Part shown: positions 13,787 to 27,110 of the stretch, piece by piece | How positions within the stretch are numbered: the first letter of the stretch is position 1 | How the letters are laid out: each line of letters opens with the position of its first letter | Assembly: GCF_030028105.1 (NCBI RefSeq) | Contig: NC_092374.1 | Coordinates: forward strand, 176,724,057 to 176,788,056 | From: Mobula birostris | Lineage: Eukaryota | Direction: 5' to 3' | DNA length: 64,000 bases | Notes under the pieces: model-generated | Database searches by the model: none | What the model was told of the DNA's origin: nothing | What the model saw: only the letters and a program-made list of their open reading frames with translations | Program-made: the position numbers and the translations under genes

Positions 13787-13940
13787 CAACACTCACAACA
13801 CGCTGGAGGAACTCAGCAGGTCGGGCAGCATCTGTGGAAACGATCAGGACTGATGAAGGGCTCCGGCCCGAAACATCGACTGATCTTTTCCACGGGTGCT
13901 GCCCGACCTGCTGAGTTCCTCCAGCGTGTTGTGAGTGTTG
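13787..13940. repeat. Near-perfect ~60-bp inverted repeat (PLE-end foldback) enclosing a hammerhead-like core
   Basis: Arms CAACACTCACAACACGCTGGAGGAACTCAGCAGGTCGGGCAGCA... and ...TGCTGCCCGACCTGCTGAGTTCCTCCAGCGTGTTGTGAGTGTTG. Loop is CTGATGAAGGGCTCCGGCCCGAAACATC. Confidence 0.9.
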
Positions 13941-14599
13941 AAATAAACACTGTTACATAGAGTCATGGGAGATAGTGAAAAATAAGCACCAAGGTCAGTC
14001 AGAAATACATGCTGCAATCTTATATCAATGCCAATACAATTTTCTTTAATGACTGAAATATTATTTGTCACTGTTCCCTCTATAAATCAACAAAGATGAT
14101 GCAAGATGAATTGTCAATTCACTCTGAGCTTAACCAGGGTGAAAACTGTGCCAAATATCTCACACAAGACACCTAATTTAACAGGGTCACAGGAAATTAA
14201 ATTGATTCCCTCACGTGCAGCAGTAACAGAATGGAGCAGACAACTTAAAAGTCTTTCTTCTGAGCAGAGGGAGTCAATGCAATCACATGTTCATCAGGTC
14301 ATATAGCACCTAAAAAAGTCCTCCTGCGAAAATGATTCAAGAAATCAAACACGTTCATCTAAACTAGTCTCATGCTTCTTCAAGTTGATGCTGCAAAGAT
14401 ATCATCCCACCGATTTCACTCTTATATACCTACCAACTCTCTACATCAACAGTTTCCATTTAACCTGGCAAAATGGACATCAGAATCAGAAGGCAGAATT
14501 GGCCTCAGGTTATTGGAATGTGAGGCAGCGGCATCATTAATAACTACTACTCCACATCTGTAGTTTACATGCAGACTTATTCACACATGGGGATGTGTT

Positions 14600-17500
14600 T
14601 GAACATAGAACATAGAATAGTACAGCACATTACAGGCCCTTTGGACCACAGAGCTGTGCTGATCCTCAAACCCTTCCTCCCATATAAGCCCCCACCTTAA
14701 ATTCCTCCATATACCTGTCTAGTAGTCTCTTAAACTTCACAGAGTGTATCTGCCTCCAGCACTGACTCAGGCAGTGCATTCCACACACCAACCAATCTCT
14801 GAGTAAAAAAACATTCCTCCACTATCCCCCTTGAACTTCCCACCCCTTACCTTAAAACCAGGTCCTCTTGTATTGAGCAGTGGTGCCCTGCGGAAGAGGT
14901 GCTGGCTATCCACTCTATCTATTACTTTTATTATCTAGTACACCTCTATCATGTCTCCTCTCATCCTCCTTCTCACCAAAGAGTAAAGCCCTAGCTCCCT
15001 TAATCTCTGATCATAATGCATACTGTCCAAACCAGGCAGCATCCTGGAAAATCTCCTCTGTACCCTTTCCAATGCTTCCATATCCTTCCTATAGTGAGGC
15101 GACCAGAACTGCACACAGCACTCCAAGTGTGGCCTAACCAGAGTTTTATAGAACTGCATCATTACTTCTCGACTCTTAAACTCTAACCCTCGACTTAGGA
15201 AAGCTAACACCCCGTAAGCTTTCTTAACTACCCTATCTACCTGTGAGGCAAGTTTCAGGGATCTGTGGACATGTAACCCCAGATCCCCCTGCTCCTCCAC
15301 ACTTCCAAGTATCCTGCCATTTACTTTGTACTCTGCCTTGGAGTTTGTCCTTCCAAAATGTACCACCTCACACTTCTCCGGGTTGAACTCCATCTGCCAC
15401 TTCTCAGCCCACTTCTGCATCCTATTAATGTCTCTCTGCAATCTTCAACAATCCTCTACACCATCTACAACACCTCCAACCTTTGAGTTGTCTGCAAACT
15501 TGCCAACCCACCCTTCTACTCCCACATCCAGGTCGTTAATAAAAATCATGAAAATTAGAGGTCCCAGAACAGATCCTTGTGGAACACCACTAGTCACAAT
15601 CCTCCAGTCTAAATGTACTCCCTCCACCATGACCCTCTGCCTTCTGAAGGCAAGCCTATTCTGAATCCACCTGGCCAAACTTCCCTGGATCCCATGCCTT
15701 CTGACTTTCTCAATAAGTCTACCATGTAGAACCTTGTCAAATGCCTTACTAAAATCCATATAGATCACATCCACTGCACTACCCTCATCTATATGTCTGG
15801 TCACCTCCTCAAAGAACTCTATCAGGCTTGTTAGACACGATCTGCCCTTCACAAAGCTATGCTAACTGTCACTGATCAGTCCATGTTTCCCTAAATGCCC
15901 ATAGATCCTCTCTCTAAGAATCTTTTCCAATAGCTTTCCCATCACAGACATAAGGCTCACTGGTCTATAATTACCCGGACTATCCCTACTACTTTTTTTG
16001 AGCAAGGGGACAACATTCGCCTCCCTCCAATCCTCCAGTACAATTCCCATGGACAACGAGGACATAAAGATCCTAGCCAGAGGCTCAGCAATCTCTTCGC
16101 TCACCTCGTGGAGCAGCCTGGGGAATATTCCTTCAGGCCCCGGGGACTTATTGATCCTAATTTATTTTAACAACTCCAACACCTCCTGTCCCTTAATATC
16201 AACATGCTCCTGAACATTAACCTCACTCATATTGTCCTTACCATCAAGTTCCCTCTCATTGGTGAATACCAAAGAGAAGTATTCATTGAGGACCTCACTC
16301 ACTTCCACAGCCTCCAGGCACATCTTCCCACCTTTATCTCTAATTGGTCCTACCTTCACTCCTGTCATCCTTTTGTTCTTCATATAATTGAAGAATGCCT
16401 TGGGGTTTTCCTTTACCCTACTTGTCAAGGCCTTCTCATGCCCCCTTCTTGCTCTTCTCAGCCCCTTCATAAGCTCCTTTCTTGCTTCCCTATAATTCTC
16501 AATAGAGCCATCTGATCCTTGCTTCCTAAACCTCATGCATGCTGCCTTCTTCCACCTGACTAGATTTTCCACCTCACTTGTCACCCATGATTCCTTCACC
16601 CTACTATTCTTTACCTTCCTCATTGGGACAAATTTATCCCTAACATCCTGCAAGAGATCTCTAAACATCAACCACATAACCATAGTACATTTCCCTGCAA
16701 AAACATCATCCCAATTCACACCTGCCTCATAATTTGCCCTTCCCCAATCAAAAATTTTCCTGTCCTCTCTGATTCTGTGCTTTTCCATGATAATGCTAAA
16801 GGCCAGAGAACAGTAGTCACTGTCCCCCATGCTCACCCACTGACAGATCTGTGACCTGACCCGGTTCATTACCTAGTACTAGATCTAGTATGGCATTTCC
16901 CCTCATTGGCTTGTCCACATACTGTGAGAGGAATCTGTCCTGGACACATTTAACAAACTCTGCCCCATCTAAACCCTTGGAACTAATCAGGTGCCAATCA
17001 ATATTAGGGAAGTTTAAGTCACCCATGATAACAACCCTGTTATTTTTGCACAGTTCCAAAATCTACCTCCCAATCTGCTCCTCTGTATCTCTGCTGCTAC
17101 CAGGGGGCCTATAGAATACCCCCAATAGAGTAACTGATCCCTTCCTGTTCCTGACTTCTACCCATACTGACTCAAAAGAGGATCCTGCTACATTACCCAT
17201 CATTTCTGTAGCTGTAATCATATTCCTGACCAGTAATGCCACCCACCTCCCCTTTCTCCCCCCTCTCTATCCATTTTAAAGCACTGAAATCCAGGAATAT
17301 TGAGAATCCATTCCTGCCCTGGTGCCAGCCAAATCTCTGTAATGACCATTACATCATAATTCCATGTATGTATCCAAGCTCTCAGTTCATCACCTTTGTT
17401 CCTGATGCTTCTTGCATTGAGATACACACACTTCAGCCCTTCTACCTTACTACCTTTACACCATTTATTCTGCTTCTCTTTCCTCAAAGCCTCTCTATAG

Positions 17501-17930
17501 GTTAGATCTGGCTTTACCCCATGCACTTCTTTCACTGCTCTATCGCTCCAGGTCCCATCCCCCTTGCAAATTAGTTTAAACCCTCCCGACCTATGCTAGC
17601 AAACTTACCTACAAGGATATTGCTCCCCCTTGAGTTCAGGTGCAACCCATCCAATCTGTACAGGTTCCACCTTCCCCAGAAGAGATCCCAATGATCCAAA
17701 AAATCTAAAACCCTGCTCCCTGCACCTACTCCTCAGCCACGCATTCAACTGCCATCTCCTCCAAATATAACCATCACCATCACATAGCACTGGCAGCAAT
17801 CCTGAGAAAGCCACCCTTGAGGTCCTTTTCTTCAGCCTTCTGCCTGGTTCCCGAAACTCATACTTCAGGACCTCATCCCTATTCCTGCCTATGTCGTTGG
17901 TACCAACATGTATCATAACCTTTCGTTGTA
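14600..17930 (-). mobile_element. CR1 LINE, near full ORF2 (APE endonuclease + RT) plus ORF1 esterase fragment; frameshifted
   Basis: LNARSIRNK..(EN), [38 protein letters not shown] (SGNH esterase), and a GAACATAGAACATAGAA tail. Confidence 0.92.
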
Positions 17931-18199
17931 TTGGCTCTCTAAAGCATAAATTACCTGACTTTCATACACATGAAGTTAGCACAGTTTTAACAAAATGATT
18001 GGGTAACGAATTTAATTTTACACTGCTGCCCAAACTAAACAAAAAGAGAATTCCTCAAGGATAACAGTCCTTGTTTTATATGATGTAGAATGAGGCCATT
18101 CAAATCACCAGATCCAAGCTATCTGATTGAGTAATTCCATTCCTCCAATAATGTGCCTTTTAACCTACCAAACTACACTAGAGGAAATTTACTGACCTG

Positions 18200-19130
18200 G
18201 AGCAACATATGGAAAATGCTGGAGGAATGCAGATGGTTAGGCAGCATCTATGATAATGGATCAACAGTCAACATAGCCGGCCAAGATCCTTCATTCAGAC
18301 TGGAAAGGAAAGGGGAAGATGCCAGAATAAGATTTATGGTTGGGAAAGAGAACAAGCTGGATGGGGACACGTGAAGCCAAGTGGATTGGGGAGGGGGTTG
18401 AAGTATGAAGCTGGAAAGGTGATGGGTGGAAAAGGCAAAGGACTGGAGAAGACGGAACTTAATAGGAGAGGAGAGTGGACCATGAGTGAAAGGGAAGGAA
18501 GAAGGGAACCGGGGGAGATGGTAGATAGGTATGGAGAACAGATAACAGGCCAGTGTGTGGAATTGAAGAGGAGGGAAGGGAGGGTGAAAGAAATTACTGG
18601 AACTTAAAGAAATCAATGCTCATGGCATCATGTTTGAAGCTGCCCAGCCAGAATATGATGTGCTGCTCCTCCAAACTGAGAATGGCCTCATTGTCACAGA
18701 CGAGGTGGCCAAAGATTGCCATAATGGAATGGGAATGAAATAAGAATTAAAATGCTTTGCCACCTCCCTCATGCCTCCACATTAATCTCTTTGCTGGCAC
18801 TAATCCCTGCAAGGGCAGAAGTGTTAAACATGCCTATTCACATCCTCTCTCACCTCCATTCCAGGCACCAAACAGTCCTTCCAGGAGAGGCAGCACTTCA
18901 CCTGTGTAACTTTTGGGGTTATCTATTGTATCAGATGCTCCCAATGAGTCCTGCTCTACACTGGTGAGACTCCAAATAGATGGGGACTGCTTTCTGAAGC
19001 ACCTCTGTTCCATATGCAAAATGTGTGATTTCCTGGTCCATAACTATTTTCATTTCTATATCCATTCCCATATATCAGTCCATGACTTTCATTTCTGCCA
19101 TGATGAGGCCACTCTCAGGTTGTAGGAGCA
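18200..19130 (-). mobile_element. Penelope-like element fragment, old
   Basis: Degenerate GIY-YIG region (18750-19130) and a pLTR-type end near 18200-18300. Confidence 0.7.
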
Positions 19131-19377
19131 ACACCTCATATTCCCTATATATACTTGCAGTTTAAGGTGGCACTGTAGGGTAATTTAATCAGTGAAACCT
19201 GCATGATTCACAACCACCAACATTGAGTTGGCGTTCAATTTAGAAGGATTGTCTGACATGATAACCCAATTACATGAAGTGTTTTACTGCGCAGTATGTT
19301 CTGTGTTTGGAAGACAATAATGAGTTGTTACAGCTTCCTTCAAATCTGCTGTTTTATTTCTGAAAACCTACACTGTT

Positions 19378-20100
19378 GACCCCCAACACACATAAAAGTT
19401 GCTGGTGAACGCAGCAGGCCAGGCAGCATCTCTCGGAAGAGGTGCAGTCGACGTTTCAGGCCGAAACCCTTCGTCAGGACTAACTGAAGGAGGAGTGAGT
19501 AAGGGATTTGAAAGTTGGAGGGGGACGGGGAGATCCAAAATGATAGGAGAAGACAGGAGGGGGAGGGATGGAGCCAAATGCTGGACAGGTGATAGGCAAA
19601 AGGGATACGAGAGGATCATGGGACAGGAGGTCCGGGAAGAAAGACAAGGGGGGGGGGGGAGACCCAGAGGATGGGCAAGGGGTATATACAGAGGGACAGG
19701 GGGAGAAAAAGGAGAGTGAGAGAAAGAATGTGTGTATAAAAATAAATAACAGATGGGGTACGAGGGGGAGGTGGGGCCTTAGCGGAAGTTAGAGAAGTCG
19801 ATGTTCACGCCATCAGGTTGGAGGCTACCCAGATGGAATATAAGGTGTTGTTCCTCCAACCTGAGTGTGGCTTCATCTTTACAGTAGAGGAGGCCGTGGA
19901 TAGACATGTCAGAATGGGAATGGGATGTGGAATTAAAATGTGTGGCCACTGGGAGATCCTGCTTTCTCTGGCGGACAGAGCGTAGGTGTTCAGCAAAGCG
20001 GTCTCCCAGTCTGCGTCGGGTCTCGCCAATATATAAAAGGCCACATCGGGAGCACCGGACGCAGTATATCACCCCAGCCGACTCACAGGTGAAGTGTTGA
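19378..20100 (-). mobile_element. Penelope-like element 3' fragment (GIY-YIG + pLTR), young
   Basis: GVIYCVRCSRCGLLYIGETRRRLGDRFAEH (ORF 19779-20138), a GIY-YIG nuclease. Confidence 0.9.
19446..19481 (-). ncRNA. Minimal type I hammerhead ribozyme motif (PLE pLTR)
   Basis: Minus strand reads AGTC-CTGACGA-AGGGTTTCGGCCT-GAAA-CGTC-GACT: CUGANGA and GAAA cores, stem I AGTC/GACT, palindromic ACGT stem III, GUC cleavage triplet. Confidence 0.8.
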
Positions 20101-22383
20101 CCCCGATGCTGTCGGACTATTCCAGAGTAATTGAACACACATCAGCTAATGCATTTCTTTGAAGTTGCTGGAGTTTGGGAACGAAATGCTGCTGCTTAGT
20201 TTGTGCACGCTGAAGCCCGATCTCTGCATGCGACACCAAATATTGCTACATAGTAGCATCACTCAGTAGTTCCACGTCTGAGAGTAGTGTGCTTACTTGA
20301 ATACCAGCCTGAAAGCTCAGCTTTTACAAACTTTGGGCTTATTGAACTCGAACATACCAAACAGATGCCTGGGAGATGCTCAGCCTTCAGAACTAATGGA
20401 CTACATGCAGTCTCTTCTGGGAAATCACCATCCTTGTTTAATTTTTAAAGAACCCTTTATGCAGCCAATGTTTGATCAAGTTCACATGGCCCCCACTAAT
20501 GCATGCACGGAGGACTATAGGAAGCTTGCTAAAATGCCTGATAGTCCAAACACATCCAGGCAAAGTTGCATAATTCCTCTCCTTTTCCCTGCCTCAATAA
20601 GCCTGGTCAGCAGGGCCTCCAGCACACGCACACCCCTGGCTGTGAAGCAGAAAACTCTGGGTCTATGCTTTTGCCATGCTTGCTTTGGTATGAACTCGAG
20701 TATGTGCCAACTGCCTTGCAGCTTCAACAGTGCCAGTGCACCGAGACTTCAGAGGTCTGTGAACACTGTGCGTTCCAGCTGCCAGTGTCATCTACTGTTC
20801 ATTACAGACACCCTTTCAGGGCAATGGTTTAATGTGACACAGGTGCTCAAGTGAGTGTGCTACCAGCATCAACAATTGATCAGAAGGCAAAGAGTGATGA
20901 AACCTCACTGGAGGCTACCAAAGACAGCTGGATTCAGAATTTCACTTAAAGCCATGTGTTTTTATACATTTACTCTGTGACGTTTGCTTTGCTGTCCTCA
21001 GCGCTGAGGCTGTACCCTGCTCTGAGCTTCATGTCTGTGAGCATTGTGACAATTTGCCCCACTGAGTGATGATTTGAGACTGAGGCTATGAGCCTACTCC
21101 AGGCATCACACCTATGGGCTAAATTTAATTTTGAATGCTGTTGATTGCTTTATTGTTTGCATTTGTGTGTTTTCTTTCTCTATCTGCACATTAGCTATTG
21201 GTCCTTTTCCAAAATTGCGTTCTTTCTGGTTTCCTGATCTGTGACTGCCTGTAAACAGACAAATGTCAAGGTTATTTAATTTATACATTTTTTGATAATA
21301 AATATGCTTTCAATTTTGACATCTTATGGTCTTTTCCCCCCATGGTCCACTTTTCTGTCTTTTCAGATTCCTTCTTCTCCAGCCCTGTACCTTTTCCATC
21401 TATCATCTCCCAGCTTCTTACTGCACTTCACTTCCACTCTCCAACCCACCTGTCTTCATCTACAACCCTCTAAGCTTGAACTCCTTGCCCGCCTCCCACC
21501 TTCTTATTCTGGCATCTTCCCTCTCTAGTCCTGATGACGGGCCTCAGCCCAAAAGGTCAACTGTTTATTCATTTCCATAAAAGCTTCTTGGCCTGCTGAG
21601 TTCCTCCAGCATTTTGAGAGTGCTGCTGTAGATTTCCAGCATCTATAGAATCACATATTTATAACCTACTGACCTGCACGCTTTTGGGGACTTGTAGGAA
21701 AACAAGGCAGCAACGTGGTCACATGAAGAAAATGCAGACTCCACATAGGTAGCACTAGAGGGCAGCATTGAGCTTATGTAACTGGAGCTATAAACTAATA
21801 GCTGTAAAAACTATCAAACATAAGTCTGCTGTAGATTAAATGTCCACCGTGAATAAAGCATATAAAAATGGTATATTTAATAATGATTGATATTGTTCTC
21901 TCAATTACTCAATGAACCTGATAATAATTCAATGATTATCTTATTGTTAAATAAAATTTATACTACTAGATCTGAATGTTGATAGAAGTTGCGACCAACC
22001 AATAATAATTTGCCGCAGATATGAATCTTTCTCAATCTGTCCAGTTAAATACTACTTCAGTAAAGATTTGCTGAATACATAACTAAATATCACATGATAA
22101 AAAGCAACATTATGAGAAATAATCAGTTATACAACACCACTGTCAGTCAATGTCAGCTGTGGCAGAATGAATTTCACAACTTACAGTGGGAGAAACTGGT
22201 AAATCAATTACCCAAGTTTTGTTATGTCTGACCTTCAAAATACTTAGTGCACCATAGCTTGGGCATCCAACTCTGCAATTATTTCATGCCATTTCAGATT
22301 TCCAGCATCTGTGTTTTTTATTCACATGTTCATTCACATTGACCTAGAACCCCCTCCACATTCAGTCAACTGGATAGACTAAC

Positions 22384-22644
22384 CTGTACTTTCGTTATGC
22401 TGCTGCAGCCATTCTATAGCTTGCCCCTTTATGATTCCATGGATACTATGTTCAGTCATTGTATCTTTTGCCCAGTAAGACTTGTCAAATGCAGCCGCCA
22501 TCCATTTTTGTCTTGGGACTGTCATTTCCATAGTTCTGTCATAATACTGGATCTCACAACCATCCAGGGCACCGACGACACTATACTCAGGTAGATCAGC
22601 ATTTCCATGATTCAGAGTGTAGTAATAGATCAGTGAGTGAGACA
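22384..22644 (-). CDS. MHC class I heavy chain alpha1-domain exon (non-classical-like)
   Basis: 261-bp open exon, acceptor ttttgttccctctAG|TG TCT CAC and donor AGTACAG|GTTAGT, phase 1/1. Encodes SHSLIYYYT...VVGALDG...YYD...VPRQKW...SYW...HNESTG, with H3, Y7, D29, R48, Y59, W60 and the N86 sequon. Confidence 0.93.
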
Positions 22645-23249
22645 CTAGAGGGAACAAAATAATAGAAATATGTTGGTGAGTGATGACTGGAAATAGCTTA
22701 AAATAATATATTCAGAGAATAAGATATTCCACACACATCCCAAACTCAGCTGGGTTGGTTAATTGCCCATGGTAACCTGTCCATAGTGTGGAACTGAGTG
22801 ATAAAATCTGGGAATATGGAGAGAAAATGAGTTATTGTAGGATACGTGAAATAGTCAGCACGGATTTCCATGCCAATCTGCTCTGATTAAGTTACATCAG
22901 ATTATGCCTAAGTAGGCAAAGTGAGACCTATCATCTTTATTCTACAATATTGATTCAATCAATTACAGTATTTCATTTTATTTAGCAATACAGCACGGGG
23001 CAGGCCCTTCCGGCCATGCTGTCCCAACAACACCTGACAAACATAATTAACCCTAAACTAATCACAGGATGACTTACAATAACCAATTAACTTACCCAAT
23101 ATATCTTTAGACTCTGGGAGGAAACAAGAACACTCAGGAAAACCCATACATTCCAAAGCGAGGATGTACAGACTTCTTATAGCACATACTAGAATTGAAC
23201 TCCAGAACACCAGGTTGTAATACCGTTGAGCTAACACCCTCATTAATGG

Positions 23250-24340
23250 GGAGAGTGTTATCTGCCACCAACACTCTCCTCCACCTAGCAGAACATGTTT
23301 TTAAATCAAGACAAACTTTTTTTTTATTCTTCTCATTTTATACAAAAAATACCTGAAGCCATGGGCACCCACATGAGACCCAGCTATGCATCCCTTTTTA
23401 ATAGCAACTTGGTACAGTGCTTATTGCTGGCTCTACTCCCTCTCTCTTTCTCCAGTACATCGATAACTGCATTGGTACTATATCTGTGTGGAGCTGTTTT
23501 GTCAATTTTTCTACTAACCCACTCAGTACTCAAATTCACATAGAGCATTTCTGATACATTTCCCCTCTATCCAGATCATCTCAGAAGACAAAATACCACC
23601 TAACATTTACAAACGTACTATAAACACATCAAATCCATCATCTAGCTAGACTACACCTTCTCCCACCCTGTCTGGTGTAGTGATACCATGGCTTTCTTGG
23701 TTTCTCTATCCCTAACACATCTGCTCGAAGAGATGGTTTTCCGTTCCAGAAGTGTGGCTTCCAACGGTCTGACATTAATGACTCCTCGGTGACATCTCCT
23801 CCATTTTCCCACACTTCTTGTCCTGCACCACTTCCTCACAGGCAAGCAGATTTCCTTTGATCCTCATCTTTCATCACATCAGCCCATGCATCTAGCATAT
23901 CATTCTTCATCATATCCATCCATTGCTACACAACCACACCACCTGTCAAATTTCCGCCTTCTCACATCCCTGTGCTTTTCACAGGGATCACCTTCTGCAT
24001 GGCCACCAACCTCATTCACCCTTCCCCACCCATTCTTCCATATTCCAGCAGTATTTTCCTTACAGCAGTAAGAAATACAACTCTTGTCCCTACAACACCT
24101 CCTTTACCGTCATCCACTGACCTAAACTGGCCTTCCTGATGAGGCAGAGAACCTCCTCCGATGTAATCTGCTGTATATTGGCGACACCAGGCACAGACTG
24201 GGCAACTACCTCACTGACCATCTGTGCTCCGTCCACAGTGGCCATCTCAAGCTCCCATTCACAAGCCATTTCATTTCTCCTTGCATTCCCACTGGGATGC
24301 ATTTATCCTTGGCCTCCTGCACTGCCAGCATGGGGCTAAG
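23250..24340 (+). mobile_element. Penelope-like element, old degenerate RT/EN fragment
   Basis: AMGTHMRPSYASLF resembles the PLE RT motif AMGTRMGPSYACLF, followed by degenerate GIY-YIG-like sequence. Confidence 0.7.
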
Positions 24341-24359
24341 GTCAAGCTACAAGATTGGA

Positions 24360-25370
24360 AGTTCATAAAATACCATAAGACATAGGAGCAGAATAAGACC
24401 ATTTGTCCCATTGGTTCTTCTCCACCATTTCATCATAGCTGACCCATTTCCCTCCCAGTCCCAATCTCCTGTTTTCTCATTATACCCACCCATACTCTGA
24501 CTAAACCAAAGCTTATCAACCTCTGCCATAAATATGCCCAATAACTTGGTCTGCACAAACGCTTATGGCAATGAATTCCACAGATTCATCAGTTCCAGAA
24601 GAATTTAGCTGATCTTCCTTTGCACCCGCTCCAATATCAGCCCATGCTTTCTTAAATAAAAGGTCCAAACCTGCTCACAATGCTCCACCTGAGGCCTCAG
24701 AGGGTGTTATAAAGCTTCAATATTACATTCTTACTTTTATCTTCTCAAAATAAATGCTAACATCACATTTGCCATCCTCACTAACGACTCAACCTGGAAA
24801 TTATCCTTTGGTAATCCCTACATGAGGACCCAAAATCCTTTTTTTTAATTTTTGCTCCATTTAGAAAATAGTCAATGCTTTTATTTCTTCTCCTAATTCC
24901 CAAAACTGTATTGTATTTGCCATTTCTTTGCTCATTTTCCTAATCTGTCTAAATCTGTCTGTATCCTCTATTCTTCCCCCAAACAACCAGCATCTCCACC
25001 AGTGTTTATATCATCAGCAAATCGGGTCTCAAAACCATCAATTCTATCATCCAAACCATTGAGGTATCATATAGAAAGCAGTCTCAAAACAGACTAGACA
25101 CTGGCAGCCAAGATAAACTGCTTTCCATTACTCCCACTTTTTGCCTGCTGCCAAGCAGGCAATGCTCTTTCTCTGCTAGCATCTTTCCTATAATACCATG
25201 GATTTGTTAAACAGCCTCATGTGTGGCACCTTGTCAAAGGCCTGCTGAAAAATCCAAGTACCCTTAAGGGAACTGTATTGACTTCAGTCCACCAAGTACC
25301 CCAAAACCACATCCTTAACAATCAAATTCAACACATTCCCATCCACTGACGTCAGACTAACTGAACTATA
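24360..25370 (-). mobile_element. CR1 LINE fragments, old
   Basis: CR1-type 3' end (ACCATAAGACATAGGAGCAGAA) and degenerate RT sequence. Confidence 0.65.
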
Positions 25371-25389
25371 ATGTTGTTTCTCCTAACAC

Positions 25390-27110
25390 CACACACAAAA
25401 TGCTGGTAAACGCAGCAGTCCAGTCAGCATCTATAGGGAGAAGTACAAATGACATTTTGGGCTGGGACCCTTCGTCAGGACTAAATGAAAGAAGAGATAG
25501 TCAGAGATTTGAAAGTGGGAGAGGGAGGGGAGATCCGAAATGATAGGAGAAGACAGGAGGGGAGGGGTGGATCTAACAGCTGGAAAGTTGATGGGCAAAA
25601 GGGATATCAGGCTGGAGAAGAGAGAGGATCATGGACAGGAAGCCTGGGGAGAAAGAAAAGGGGGGAGATGAGCCCGGAGGGTGGAGAGCAGGCAAGGAAT
25701 TATAGTGAGAGGGACAGAGGTAGAAAAAAAGTGAGGGGGGGAAATTAAAAATATATTTTAAATATTAAATAAATAAATAAATAAATAAATAGAGAAATGA
25801 CATAAATAAGGGGAGTGGTGTGAAGGGGAGGAGGGGCATTAACTGAAGTTAGAGAAGTCAATGTTCATGCCATCAAGTTGGAGGCTACACAGTCGGAATA
25901 TAAGGTGTTGTTCCTCCAACCTGAGTGTGGCTTCTTCTTTACAGTAGAGGAGGCCATGGATAGATATATCAGAATGGGAATGGGACGTGGAATTAAAATG
26001 TGTGGCCACTGAGACATCCTGCCTTCTCTGGCACATAAACCATACGTGTTCAGCGAAACGGTCTCCCAGCCTGCATCACGTCTCGCCAGTATATAGAAGG
26101 CCGCGCCGGGAGCACCAGACGCAGTATATCAGCCCGGCAGACTCACAGGTGAAGTGTCACCTCACCTGGAAGGACTGTCTGGGGCCCTGAATGGTGATGA
26201 GGGAGGAAGTGTAAGGGCCTGTGTAGCACTTGTTCTACTTAAGGATAAATGCCGGGAGGGAGATTGGTGAGAAGGGATGGGGGGAACGAATGGACAAGGG
26301 AATCGCACAGGGAGTGATCACTGCAGAAAGCAGAAAAGTAGGGGAGGGATAGATGTGCTTGGTGGTGGGATCCTGTTGGAGGTGGCGGAAGTCACGGAGA
26401 ATTATATGTTGGACCCGGAGGCTGGTGGGATGGCAGGTTAGGACAAGGGGAACCTTATTCCTAGTGGGGTAGCAGGAGGATGGAGTGAGAGCAGATGTGC
26501 GTGAAATAGGAGAGATGCGTTTGAGAGCAGAGTTGATGATGGAGGAAGGGAAGCCCCTTTCTTTAAAAAAAAAGGAGACATCTCCTTCGTCCTGGAATGA
26601 AAAGCCTCATCTGGAGAGCAGATGCGGCGGAGATGGAGGAATTGCAAGAAGGTGATGGCATTTTTGCAAGAGACAGGGTGGAAAGAGGGAAAGTCCAGGT
26701 AGCTGTGAGAGTCCGTATGCTTATAGTACACATCAGTAGATAAGCTGTCTCCAGAGATAGAGACAGAAAGATCTAGAAAGGGGAGGGAGGTGTCTGTCTC
26801 ACTCTACCCCTTGCCCATTCTCTGGGTTTTTCCTCCCCCCTCCCCCTTTTCCTTCTCCCTGGGCCTCCTGTCCCATGATCCTCTCATATCCCTTTTGCCA
26901 ATCACCTGTCCAGCTCTTGGCTCCACCCCTCCCCCTCCTGTCATCTCCTATCATTTTGGATCTCCCCCTCCGCCTCCCACTTTCAAATCTCTTACTAGCT
27001 CTTGTTTCTGTTAGTTCCGACGAAGGGCCTTGGCCCGAAACTTCGACTGTACCTCTTCCTAGAGATGCTGCCTGGCCTGCTGCGTTCACCAGCAACTTTG
27101 ATGTGTGTAT
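25390..27110 (-). mobile_element. Penelope-like element (RT thumb + GIY-YIG) with an inverted pLTR at its truncated 5' end (26790-27110)
   Basis: YYKHTDSHSYLDF.S.HP..CKNAI.F.QFL.LRRICS (PLE RT C-terminus). The opposite-strand copy of the same terminal repeat abuts the truncation. Confidence 0.85.

Noticed and set aside
19368-19719. Recurrent ORFs MILSYPFCQSPVQLL... / MLVNAAGQAASLGRG... (also ~26800, 36600, 51700, 52200, 58750)
   Set aside because: These are chance readings of both strands of the PLE pseudo-LTR, low-complexity and variably frameshifted; not a gene family.
20110-21120. Possible novel coding element (185-aa ORF 20297-20854)
   Set aside because: No motif could be recognised in any frame. 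It is probably an old unclassified repeat and needs a Repbase/Dfam search.
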